Source: Verrucomicrobiia bacterium (GTDB lineage Bacteria > Verrucomicrobiota > Verrucomicrobiia > Limisphaerales > JADJPG01). From it: a stretch of DNA of 64,000 bases. Shown here one piece after another: positions 55,613-64,000 of the stretch (positions are counted from its first letter, which is position 1; every line of letters starts with the position of its first letter). The stretch lies in NCBI GenBank assembly GCA_035577805.1, contig DATLUX010000292.1, positions 502-64,501 on the forward strand, in the 5' to 3' direction. The position numbers and the translations under genes are program-made. The notes under the pieces are model-generated. The model searched no databases, was not told the DNA's origin, and was given only the letters and a program-made list of their open reading frames with translations.

Positions 55613-58591
55613 ATGGACACTATCTTGGAGCCCACATCATTAGCCGCGTTCCAGGCGACGGATTGCGAGGTGCGCGCTGACGCTGTCACACGCCAACTCT
55701 ATGCGACGGACGCGTCCATTCATCGAGTTGCTCCCCGCGCCGTGGCGTTCCCCCGCAATGCCGAGCAGGCGCGCGCCGTCATTCTGGCAGCAGGCGACGC
55801 GGGGCTGTCCGTTACTCCGCGCGGCGCGGGCACTGGATTGGTAGGAGGCGCTCTTGGTGACGGGTTGATCATCGACTTTGCCCGACATAACCGCGCCATT
55901 GGCCGACTGGATCTGGAGAAGCGCACTGTCCATGTCGGGGCGGGCGTGGTGCTCGATTCGTTAAACGCGTTCCTCAAGCCGTACGGCTACTGTTTCGGGC
56001 CGGATGTAGCCACCAGTTCACGCGCCACCATCGGGGGCATGATCGCCAACAACTCCTCCGGTTCGCACGTGCCGATCTATGGCACCACCGCCGATCACGT
56101 GCGGCACTTGGAAATTGTGCTTGCGGACGGACGGATTGAAACGATTGGCCGCGAACAAACCGGCTTGCTCAAGGAACGCCGGGATCTGACGGCCCTGATT
56201 CAACAGCATGGACCCCTGATCACGCAGCGTTTGCCCCGCGACTTGTTGAAACGGTGGCCGGGTTACGGGATCGATCGGCTTTTCAATGAGCCTGACAATT
56301 TCAGCCACCTGCTCGCCGGGAGCGAAGGCACCCTGGCCGCCATTATGTCCGCTGAGCTGCAAATCGTGCCCCTGCCACGCACTCGTGGAGTTGGCCTGAT
56401 CTTCTTCGCCTCCATTGCCGAGGCGATGCAGGCTACAGTCGAATTGCTGGATCTGAAACCGGCCGCCATTGAACACATCGATCGCGTTCTCTGCGATCAA
56501 ACTCGGGGGCAACTCGCCTTCCAAGCCGCCCGCGATCTGCTCCAACTCGATGCCAAACCTTGTGAAAGCATTTTGATCGTTGAATTCTTCGACGACGCCG
56601 TGCCGGAACGGCTCGCGGCCCTGGACGCCAAACGGCTCGGCCAACGCACGCACCTGCTTCAAACCGGCGCAGAGGCTGCGTTGCTTTGGAACATGCGCAA
56701 AGCCGGAGTCGCCTTGCTCACCGGCTGCCGCGGCGATGCCAAACCCGTTACTGGCATCGAGGACGCTGCCGTGCGGCCCGAACAACTCCCCGAGTACGTC
56801 GCGGCTCTGCAAGGTCTCCTGCGTCCCTTGCAGTTGGAAGCGTGCTTTTACGGACATGCCGCCTCCGGCTTGCTCCATGTGCGGCCGGTCCTTGATCTGC
56901 ACGCCGCGGCCGATCTGAAAAAGTTCCGGCAGATCATGCAGGATGTCTCCGCGCTCGTGCGGCAATTCAAAGGATCGTTGACCGGCGAACACGGAGTCGG
57001 GATCGCGCGCACCGAATTCATCCGCGACCAGCTCGGCGATGAGCTCCACGCCGTCATGCAACAGGTCAAGGATACCTTCGATCCCGGACGGCTCTTTAAT
57101 CCCGGAAAGATTCTCGGCGACGGCCGTTATCGTTGCGATGCCGATATGCGGCTCGGGGCCGAGCCCTCGCACGAATTGCCTTTCACGCCCGTGCTCGCTT
57201 ACGCCGCCAAAGACGAATCTTTCGTCCGGCATCTCGAACAATGCAACGGCTGCGGCGGTTGTCGCAAAGAGACACCTACCATGTGCCCGACCTTCCTCGC
57301 CACCGGCGAGGAAATCATGTCCACGCGCGGACGCGCCAATGTGATCCGCGCCGTGCTGGACGCCCAGCGACGTGCGGCCGTTAAACAGTGCGTTCATCCC
57401 GACGCCGACGGCGGGCCAAGCGCTCCCAGCGAACTCGAACTCAGTTGGGTGGAGGGCGCATCACCGGATGGTAGAGCCGCCTTTGATCCAGGTGCCTTGC
57501 TGGAATCCGCCGCGTTGGCCGACGTGCTCGAGCATTGCCTGGGTTGCAAAGCGTGCGCCGCCGAATGTCCCTCCAATGTAAACCTTGCGTTGCTGAAAGC
57601 TGAACTGTTGCACGCCAAATATCAGCGCTGCGGTCTGCCCTTGCGCACGCGGCTGGTGGCGTCCGTTGATGCCTTGGGCCGCCTGGGTTGTTTGGCTCCG
57701 GAGCTGGCCAATGCCGCCTTGGGCTGGCCCTGGTTGCGCCGGTTGCTTCGCCAGCATCTCGACCTCACCGATCGGCGCCCATTGCCACCTTATGCCCAAG
57801 AACGTTTTGATGCCTGGTTTGCCGGCCGGCTCGCCGCCCGCAAAACTTTCGCCCCGCGCGGACGCGTCTGGTTATGGGACGACACCTTCGTCCGTTACCA
57901 CGAACCGCATATCGGCCAGGCCGCCGTGCGTGTGTTGGAAGCAGCGGGCTTCGAAGTAGCCCTGGTGCAGCAGCGCCGTTGCTGCGGCCGCCCGGCGTTC
58001 AGTCAGGGCGATCTCGACCGCGCGGCTCGCCACGGCCTCCATAACCTGACGGTGCTCTCGGCCGGACCGGGCCACGAACCGATCCTATTCCTGGAACCGT
58101 CTTGTTATTCGATGTTCGTCGAAGACTATCGGGAGTTGAAACTGCCGGGAGCCGCCGCCATCGCCCAACGGTGCCATCTATTCGAATCTTTCATTGATCA
58201 ATTACTCGAGCGTGAGCCGTCCGCGCTTGAATTTGTGGAGCAACCCGAACGGCTCCTCATTCACGGCCATTGTCATGCCAAGGCGTTAGTCGAGGTCAGC
58301 TTCCTGGCCCGCCTGGGCCGGCGCTTGCCGGGTCGAACCGCCACCTTGCTCGAGACGGGTTGTTGCGGGATGGCCGGCGCCTTCGGCGCCTTGGAATCCA
58401 AATATGATCTGTCCGTGCGCATCGCCGCGCCGCTGGTCGCGCTCCTCAACGCCCAGCCCCCTCATGTCACCGTCGTCGCTTCCGGAACCAGCTGCCGCCA
58501 TCAGATCGAACATCTCACCCCGCGCCGCCCTCGCCATATGGCCGAAGTGCTGGCCGAGGCGCTGCTTGAAGAGCGGGCGAAGGGCGGCTGA
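55613..58591 (+). CDS. FAD-linked oxidase fused to a 4Fe-4S plus CCG-domain module (YdiJ / D-2-hydroxyglutarate-dehydrogenase-like, GlcD-GlcF fusion)
   Basis: The N-terminus has the FAD_binding_4/PCMH fold (RGAGTGLVGGA). The 4Fe-4S motifs are CNGCGGCRKETPTMCP and CLGCKACAAECP. Two CCG motifs are present (RRCCGRPAF and TGCCGMAGAFG). A 992-aa size and this domain order match YdiJ-type enzymes. The antisense ORF 56018..57397 was rejected. Confidence 0.85.
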   Translation: MDTILEPTSLAAFQATDCEVRADAVTRQLYATDASIHRVAPRAVAFPRNAEQARAVILAAGDAGLSVTPRGAGTGLVGGALGDGLIIDFARHNRAIGRLDLEKRTVHVGAGVVLDSLNAFLKPYGYCFGPDVATSSRATIGGMIANNSSGSHVPIYGTTADHVRHLEIVLADGRIETIGREQTGLLKERRDLTALIQQHGPLITQRLPRDLLKRWPGYGIDRLFNEPDNFSHLLAGSEGTLAAIMSAELQIVPLPRTRGVGLIFFASIAEAMQATVELLDLKPAAIEHIDRVLCDQTRGQLAFQAARDLLQLDAKPCESILIVEFFDDAVPERLAALDAKRLGQRTHLLQTGAEAALLWNMRKAGVALLTGCRGDAKPVTGIEDAAVRPEQLPEYVAALQGLLRPLQLEACFYGHAASGLLHVRPVLDLHAAADLKKFRQIMQDVSALVRQFKGSLTGEHGVGIARTEFIRDQLGDELHAVMQQVKDTFDPGRLFNPGKILGDGRYRCDADMRLGAEPSHELPFTPVLAYAAKDESFVRHLEQCNGCGGCRKETPTMCPTFLATGEEIMSTRGRANVIRAVLDAQRRAAVKQCVHPDADGGPSAPSELELSWVEGASPDGRAAFDPGALLESAALADVLEHCLGCKACAAECPSNVNLALLKAELLHAKYQRCGLPLRTRLVASVDALGRLGCLAPELANAALGWPWLRRLLRQHLDLTDRRPLPPYAQERFDAWFAGRLAARKTFAPRGRVWLWDDTFVRYHEPHIGQAAVRVLEAAGFEVALVQQRRCCGRPAFSQGDLDRAARHGLHNLTVLSAGPGHEPILFLEPSCYSMFVEDYRELKLPGAAAIAQRCHLFESFIDQLLEREPSALEFVEQPERLLIHGHCHAKALVEVSFLARLGRRLPGRTATLLETGCCGMAGAFGALESKYDLSVRIAAPLVALLNAQPPHVTVVASGTSCRHQIEHLTPRRPRHMAEVLAEALLEERAKGG

Positions 58592-58627
58592 TTTCCAGAC
58601 ACGTACGATTCCTTTCGGTAGGTCCGT

Positions 58628-59401
58628 TCATCGGTCCCGAACTGCCACCAGGAAAGAGTTGAACATGTCATAACGCCATGGGCCGAGGTTGAGGAGAAAA
58701 TCTATCGGCTTGGCGACATAGCGATCGCAACAAGAAACGCTTTCTACGCGACAACCGGAGCGCGTGAGGAAAAATTCCATCTCCAGCGCGTTCGTCGCTA
58801 CGACCGCATCATCATCAGGAGTGAACGGTTCCTTAACGATCGGCGGCATGCGATCGAACCGGACGGATTGTGGGTGGGAGTGTATCTGCTGCTGCTTTTC
58901 GCGCAAACGTCGCCAGTTGCGCCATTTGTTGCCTACTCCGCGCATGCGCGGATGATAATCCCGGAAGCCGAGGACGCGGAAAAAGTTGGGGCTGGAAAGC
59001 ACAATGCGGCCGCCAATCTCGGCGACGCGGACTAATTCTCGAATGAACGTTTCAGGTTCGTCCACGTGCTCCAGGACATTCAGGGCGCCGACACTGGCGA
59101 AGTGCGCGTCGGGGAAAGGCAGGACGCGTCCGTCGTAGAGCTGGCAATGCGGACAGAATTGGCGGGCTCGGGCTATGTTGGGTTCGGAGACATCCACGCC
59201 GTGCGCCTCGAAGCCGGCTTCCTGAAGGCGGGCCACGACCTGGCCGACGCCGCAACCGACATCCAATGCGCGCGCGCCGGGCCGGCGCGGCTTCAGGGTA
59301 TCGGCATATTTCGCGTAGAACCCCGCATCCCATCCGGCGAGAAAGTCTGCGTAAGCTTCATTCTGCCGATAGTAAGAGTCCTGGTGGCTTGGGGTGCTCA
59401 C
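58628..59401 (-). CDS. Class I SAM-dependent methyltransferase
   Basis: LDVGCGVGQ is the glycine-rich SAM motif I. ALNVLEHV is motif II-like. Confidence 0.8.
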   Translation of the reverse strand: MSTPSHQDSYYRQNEAYADFLAGWDAGFYAKYADTLKPRRPGARALDVGCGVGQVVARLQEAGFEAHGVDVSEPNIARARQFCPHCQLYDGRVLPFPDAHFASVGALNVLEHVDEPETFIRELVRVAEIGGRIVLSSPNFFRVLGFRDYHPRMRGVGNKWRNWRRLREKQQQIHSHPQSVRFDRMPPIVKEPFTPDDDAVVATNALEMEFFLTRSGCRVESVSCCDRYVAKPIDFLLNLGPWRYDMFNSFLVAVRDR

Positions 59402-59437
59402 GGTGCTTCGGTCGTTGCCTTCGGCGGTGCGACAGCG

Positions 59438-62041
59438 TCACGGGCTTCCTGGCTGCCGCCGCTCGGTCACCCATAACACCACACAAAGAGCGAGGCCGAA
59501 CAGAGTAGCCCCGAGGCTGATGAGGAAAACGTTCGACGGTGGTTCATAGCGAAACTCGACCGTGTGCTGTCCGGCGGGGAGCTGCACGCCGCGCATGAGG
59601 AAATTACAGCGCAGGATTTGGGCGGAGTGCCCGTCGACCGTGGCTTTCCAATTCGGATCGACTTTGTCATTAAGCAGCAAAATGGACGGCGCGCCGGCGT
59701 TGGCTTTCAGCACGACCTTTTTGGATGAGTAATTGGAGAACTCAACGCTACCCGCGGCCGCGTTGGGCGGTTGATTCGTTGCGGCCGGGATTGCGCCGGC
59801 GACGATAACTTCCTGGTGTGGATCAAAGGTGGGATTGGCCAACGTGGTTAGAGTGGCTTGGTCATTGGTGCTGACCTGCCAGCGGGTATACAGGCTGGCG
59901 CGTGGGAGAGCCCCGGTGAATTCGATTAATGCGAAGGACCCATTGTCATCGATTCGAGCTGCAATGTTGCGGTCTGCGTCTTGAGTCACGCTAAATCGCG
60001 TGTGCACTCGGAACCGCCGCTGAGTGGGATCGAGTTGTTGATTGAGCACTTCCACAAAGTTGTTGGCTGTGCCGAGGATAAACCGGGTGTTGGTCAGCTC
60101 CCAAAGCCGCACGATGTTGGTGCCCAGAGCGGTGCGATAAGCCACTTTGTCGGCTGGTGGCCGCGGATCCTGCGGTTGGTCCAAAGATTGGATGTTGTAA
60201 TAAGGAAACTGGTTTTGGAGCCACTCCAAGCCGTAGACAAGCTGATAGAGGATGCTGTAGTTGCGGTCCCATTGGATGGCGGGGGCGGTGACGCGATGTT
60301 CGTATGGTTTGTCCGCAAGAAGCTTCAGGACGCCGTTATTGGCATACTTGGTCTTGTAGTCGTAGTACTTGATCCAAGGCGCGTTGGCCCGACCCAGATC
60401 GGCTACGAGGATGACGGCCAGGAGCACGCCGGCCCAAACGGCGCGTGGGCCGACGAAAGTGCCGCGCGTGATCAGGAACAGCAGCGCCGCCGAAGCGCAC
60501 AGGAAAAACACTGACCACCCTACTTCACCGCTGCTGAATTTGGCGATGGCGTTGGCGGCGTCCGATTCGTAGGCCAGGTTTTCGACTAGATGCCGTGACA
60601 GGGCAGTTTGCGCGGAGGCATAAACCAGCCAGCTCAAGATGGACACTCCCACGACCACGGTGCCGACGATAAACCAACGCTTCTCGGCCAGGGCTGCCGG
60701 GCCTTTGAACTTGCCCACCGTTCCGGCGGCGGGTTCCAGGTAGCGTCGCCAGATGCCTTGAAGCCCGTAGGCAAACAGGATCATCACAGCCATGTGAAAC
60801 GGATGCATGAACTTCATCGGATTCCGGATCGTCGAGAAGTAAGGCAACGCGTAGATGAATTGATAAAAGGGCGCGTCACGGCCCCACGACAAAAGCAATG
60901 CCACCAGCGCCGCGCCGCCCCAGAACCAGATCATGCGCCGTTCTATCGATGTGAAGGAACCGCCTGGGGCTACGAACGAGCGGACCAAGGCCCACAGAGC
61001 CACCAACACGACCAACACACCGGCATACTCGCCCGCCCCCGAATGACGCGGGAACGCATTCGGATGCGCTTTGACCCAGGCCGGATCCTTGTGGCCTTCC
61101 TCCCAACCCGCCTCTTGTCCTACGCTGCCCCAGTAATCGCCTCCGCCGGGCGTATCGAGCCGGTAACCGTACAGGCCGGGCACAACCACGCGCAAACTCT
61201 CCATCTTGGGCAAGCTCCACTGTGTCGCCCAATTCCAACGCTCCGCCTTGCCCATGGCCGCCGGGTTGTCCACCAACGTGCCTTTGACGTCCTTGGTGAG
61301 AAACACCGCCACGGTCTGCGCAGCCAGAATCGCCGCGAACAACGCCATCACCGCCACGGTGGCTATACCCTTGATGACTCTGGCTTTGGTGTCTTGAATC
61401 AACCACCCAAAGAATGCGTAGGCAGCGATAAACAGACTAAAAATAGCTCCGTTATCGGCGCCTTCGGCGATTGAAAGTCCGATCGCCAATCCGGCCAAGA
61501 TCACCTTAATACCGGCCCCCAGGATGGATCGGCTAGTGAATGCGCTGTGGACTGCGGTTAGCGCCAGGAAAGCTGCCGCCAGGGCAAGCCCTCTGGTAGC
61601 CAATCCCCAGCATGCGTTGGAAAAAAAGTTCGAGTTGAGCGCTGCCGCAATCCCGCCCAAAAGGCATACGACGGGAGTGAACCCGAGCTTGCGAAAGAAA
61701 AACCAGGCGCACAATCCCAGGATGAACAGCGTGAAAGGAACATAGAACTTGGCGAATCCTACGGGACCCAACACCCACAGGAGGAGGTAAGTAAAACCGA
61801 TGGCGCCGTTTCCGCCCGGAGACCCCAGCCAATTTGTATCCATCCACATCCCCCCATAGGCCTTCGGCATTTTGAGTGAATCTGAGGCAAGCACTCCCAG
61901 GGGGCCATCGTTGGCAAAGAGTACCTGCGCCGGAGACAGGCTTTTGCTGAAGACAAAGGTCGTGATCAAAAGGAGCACGAACGCTGCCGTTAAGAGTGCC
62001 CGATTTGATCGTGCCGGCTGTGAGCTACGCATGGAGTTCAT
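59438..62041 (-). CDS. Large polytopic membrane protein, YfhO-like / glycosyltransferase-like (about 14 TM, a C-terminal soluble domain, and a final C-terminal TM)
   Basis: The protein is 867 aa. There are many hydrophobic helices over the first ~520 aa, then a soluble region, then a terminal TM (VFLISLGATLFGLALCVVLWV). This topology fits YfhO-family proteins. The family assignment is tentative. Confidence 0.5.
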   Translation of the reverse strand: MNSMRSSQPARSNRALLTAAFVLLLITTFVFSKSLSPAQVLFANDGPLGVLASDSLKMPKAYGGMWMDTNWLGSPGGNGAIGFTYLLLWVLGPVGFAKFYVPFTLFILGLCAWFFFRKLGFTPVVCLLGGIAAALNSNFFSNACWGLATRGLALAAAFLALTAVHSAFTSRSILGAGIKVILAGLAIGLSIAEGADNGAIFSLFIAAYAFFGWLIQDTKARVIKGIATVAVMALFAAILAAQTVAVFLTKDVKGTLVDNPAAMGKAERWNWATQWSLPKMESLRVVVPGLYGYRLDTPGGGDYWGSVGQEAGWEEGHKDPAWVKAHPNAFPRHSGAGEYAGVLVVLVALWALVRSFVAPGGSFTSIERRMIWFWGGAALVALLLSWGRDAPFYQFIYALPYFSTIRNPMKFMHPFHMAVMILFAYGLQGIWRRYLEPAAGTVGKFKGPAALAEKRWFIVGTVVVGVSILSWLVYASAQTALSRHLVENLAYESDAANAIAKFSSGEVGWSVFFLCASAALLFLITRGTFVGPRAVWAGVLLAVILVADLGRANAPWIKYYDYKTKYANNGVLKLLADKPYEHRVTAPAIQWDRNYSILYQLVYGLEWLQNQFPYYNIQSLDQPQDPRPPADKVAYRTALGTNIVRLWELTNTRFILGTANNFVEVLNQQLDPTQRRFRVHTRFSVTQDADRNIAARIDDNGSFALIEFTGALPRASLYTRWQVSTNDQATLTTLANPTFDPHQEVIVAGAIPAATNQPPNAAAGSVEFSNYSSKKVVLKANAGAPSILLLNDKVDPNWKATVDGHSAQILRCNFLMRGVQLPAGQHTVEFRYEPPSNVFLISLGATLFGLALCVVLWVTERRQPGSP

Positions 62042-62068
62042 ATAGAATCGGTGCTGAGCATGCCCAGC

Positions 62069-62857
62069 CTATAATTCGGATGGCTTGATCGCCATGCGGG
62101 CACTGTAATCCATGCGGCAGAACAGGGGCTGGAGCTTTTGTTTGGCGAAGTATTCATCTGTGGCTTGGCGGGCCCCTTCCCAGTGGCCATAATCGTCAAT
62201 GATAAGGACACCCTGCGCCGTGAGTCGCGGGTAGAGGTGAACCAGTTCGTGCGCGGTCGAGTCGTACCAATCCGTGTCCAAACGCAGCAAGGCGATCTTC
62301 GCTGGCGCATGCTGAGGGATGGTCTGTTCGACTTTACCCTGGATAAAGTGAACTCGCTCCTTCGGATATCCCGTTGAGAGCACGTTTTTCCGCACATCGT
62401 CGAGGCTTGCAACACACCAGTTGTGGTCCTGGCCAAAAGTTGCCTTGTCTCGATCAATCAGGGATTTGGCGGCCTGGCCGTCATACATGACGTCCTTCTC
62501 GGTCGGTTCAGTCATTCCTTCGAAGGTGTCGAACAGATGGAAGTGCCGAGTGAGGTCTCCCATTTTGATCAGTGCGTGCATGGCGGCCATGATGCTGCCT
62601 CCGCGCCAAACACCGCACTCCACCACATCGCCTTCGATCCGGTTGGCCGACACGTACCGGACCGCATCAACGAGTCCCACCAAACGTTCGATGGTGGTCG
62701 CCGTGTATTCCTGCACTTGCTGATAAGTTTCCAGCTCCGGGCGACTGAAACCCAACTCTGTGCGCACTATCCTGTAGCCCAAAGAATTGAAAAGTCGCGC
62801 GATGCCAGCTTTGATCATCTTCCTGAAAACTTGGCGTGAATCCGTCAGGCAGAGCAA
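62069..62857 (-). CDS. TylF/MycF-family (macrocin O-methyltransferase-like) class I methyltransferase
   Basis: VECGVWRGGS (the SAM-binding loop), LLRLDTDWYDST and IIDDYGHWEG match the TylF/Methyltransf_24 family. Confidence 0.75.
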   Translation of the reverse strand: MLCLTDSRQVFRKMIKAGIARLFNSLGYRIVRTELGFSRPELETYQQVQEYTATTIERLVGLVDAVRYVSANRIEGDVVECGVWRGGSIMAAMHALIKMGDLTRHFHLFDTFEGMTEPTEKDVMYDGQAAKSLIDRDKATFGQDHNWCVASLDDVRKNVLSTGYPKERVHFIQGKVEQTIPQHAPAKIALLRLDTDWYDSTAHELVHLYPRLTAQGVLIIDDYGHWEGARQATDEYFAKQKLQPLFCRMDYSARMAIKPSEL

Positions 62858-62964
62858 TAGGAAAGTAACAATTTACCGAGACGAACCACCGCCTTGGGAC
62901 CGCCTGCAAAGAGAAAGATGACCAGATCGTAGAGATTGGCCGGCAGGCATCTGCAGGGCGTGCC

Positions 62965-63747
62965 TCAGCTTGCGCCGCGACCCGACCTGCGACGATTCAA
63001 CATCCTCCAAGTCACCAGGGCCAGCCCAGCGCAGCTCAAAAGCAGCACCGCCGAAGGCTCGGGGACAGGAACGACATCAAGCTCAAACTCGCTCAAGACA
63101 AAGTTGCCGTTCGATGGGTACCGTCCAGGGCCATTAAATGGCAGGGACGCGTCCTCCATGACTTCCAACCGGATTCCGGTGATATGCTCCATGGTTGTTC
63201 CAGCGGTGACCGTGTAGACCGAGTTGTTCGGGTTGGCTCCGCTGGCCAGAATGGAGCCGTCGCTAAGCGCGTCCAGCTGGATTCCACCCGTAGCCAGAGC
63301 AGTTGACGGAGCAAGTACCGTCCAGGTGGCACTCACGTCTCCACCATTAGCCAAGCCGTCGGCAAAATTATCCCTGCTGTCGGTAGTCACTGACAATCGA
63401 AACCGTCCGATCGTGTGTTGAGGGTTATGGTTGACTTGAGAAAGCCGAAAGGTAAACAAGCTGCCCCCAGCAAAGCCGACATCCGCAGACGTCTCGAACA
63501 CGGCGGTCTCTGCTTGCGCCTGATTGAGAGAGAAATTGTAGACCGCCCAACCCACCTCGGCGTTGATCACTCCGTCGATCACGGTGCCCACATTCCAGCC
63601 GCCAGCCTGGGACAACGTGGCTGTGGCATTCTGCAGCGCAACGGTCGCTCCACATGCGCGGGCGGCGAAGAGAAGGGTTATCCAAAGTGCTGACCGTTCA
63701 AGGACAAAAAGACTAGGGAGTAAATTAAAGCTCATTGGTTCCTCCAC
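62965..63747 (-). CDS. PEP-CTERM sorting-domain secreted protein
   Basis: The C-terminus VPVPEPSAVLLLSCAGLALVTWRMLNRRRSGR is a PEP motif, then a TM, then a basic tail. There is an N-terminal signal peptide. The start is probably MSFNLLPSLF. Confidence 0.75.
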   Translation of the reverse strand: MEEPMSFNLLPSLFVLERSALWITLLFAARACGATVALQNATATLSQAGGWNVGTVIDGVINAEVGWAVYNFSLNQAQAETAVFETSADVGFAGGSLFTFRLSQVNHNPQHTIGRFRLSVTTDSRDNFADGLANGGDVSATWTVLAPSTALATGGIQLDALSDGSILASGANPNNSVYTVTAGTTMEHITGIRLEVMEDASLPFNGPGRYPSNGNFVLSEFELDVVPVPEPSAVLLLSCAGLALVTWRMLNRRRSGRGAS

Positions 63748-64000
63748 TGTTTGCTCTTACTATGCACTGACAGTCGCATCGGGTTTGAACTTCTCCTCGC
63801 GCCGGTCCGCAATGACTCGAGCGCCCGCCGGCGGTTGAGGTGGTGATGGCGCATCTTATCGGTGGGCGGCGACTCCGTGCAACCCTTAGTTTGGTGACAA
63901 TCTGGAGTCATTCGGCAGTGGTGCCGTGACCCTGCCGCGCCGCGCCGCGCGCTGCCGTTCCATCTTGACTGCCTGTCGCGGCCCATTAGGATGCGTTACC

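Noticed and set aside
56018-57397. 459-aa minus-strand ORF
   Set aside because: It is antisense to the YdiJ-like dehydrogenase, which has unambiguous FAD and Fe-S motifs.
1-64000. A search for tRNA, rRNA, CRISPR arrays, integrases or transposases, and sigma-54 -24/-12 promoters (TGGCAC-N5-TTGCW)
   Set aside because: I saw no tRNA-like cloverleaf signatures (no GGTTCGAATCC-type T-arms), no regular 25-40-bp direct-repeat/spacer array and no transposase or integrase motifs. The few TGGCAC occurrences (about 10131, 20963 and 24467) lack a correctly spaced TTGC element.

Overview
This is a high-GC (~62%) window with a Planctomycetes/Verrucomicrobia (PVC) flavour. I infer that from two PSCyt-DUF1549-DUF1553 proteins paired with DUF1501 proteins, a PEP-CTERM protein, delta-60-repeat remnants and a four-helix-bundle protein. 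Most of the window is ordinary chromosome. It carries a periplasmic Mn-SOD, a prenyltransferase-like secreted protein and rpoN. It also carries a complete aa3-type cytochrome c oxidase cluster (ctaA-ctaB-ctaD-ctaE-coxIV-coxII-SCO1-DUF420) that is preceded by an amicyanin-like cupredoxin and followed by squalene-hopene cyclase. Further along are a YceI lipoprotein, an intradiol dioxygenase, an ECF sigma factor next to a Ser/Thr kinase, a YdiJ-like FAD/Fe-S dehydrogenase, and a methyltransferase/YfhO-like membrane protein cluster. The most unusual locus is an NfeD-like (YqiJ-like) membrane protein, a flotillin/SPFH protein, and a 1723-aa protein whose only recognisable module is an AAA+ (MoxR/AAA_5-like) ATPase about 1280 residues in. 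I could not assign that giant ORF to any described family from sequence alone. Other things worth a second look are a family of 7-bp tandem repeats scattered through intergenic regions, and a perfect CRP-consensus palindrome (TGTGA-N6-TCACA) at the end of one repeat array, just upstream of the oxidase operon. There is also a 46-bp imperfect inverted repeat pair, a long stem-loop with an internal tandem 10-mer, and a four-helix-bundle (Avd/IVS-like) protein fused to a topoisomerase-type zinc ribbon. I found no rRNA, tRNA, CRISPR array or transposase. Many long ORFs in the six-frame track are antisense artefacts of the high GC content and were rejected.
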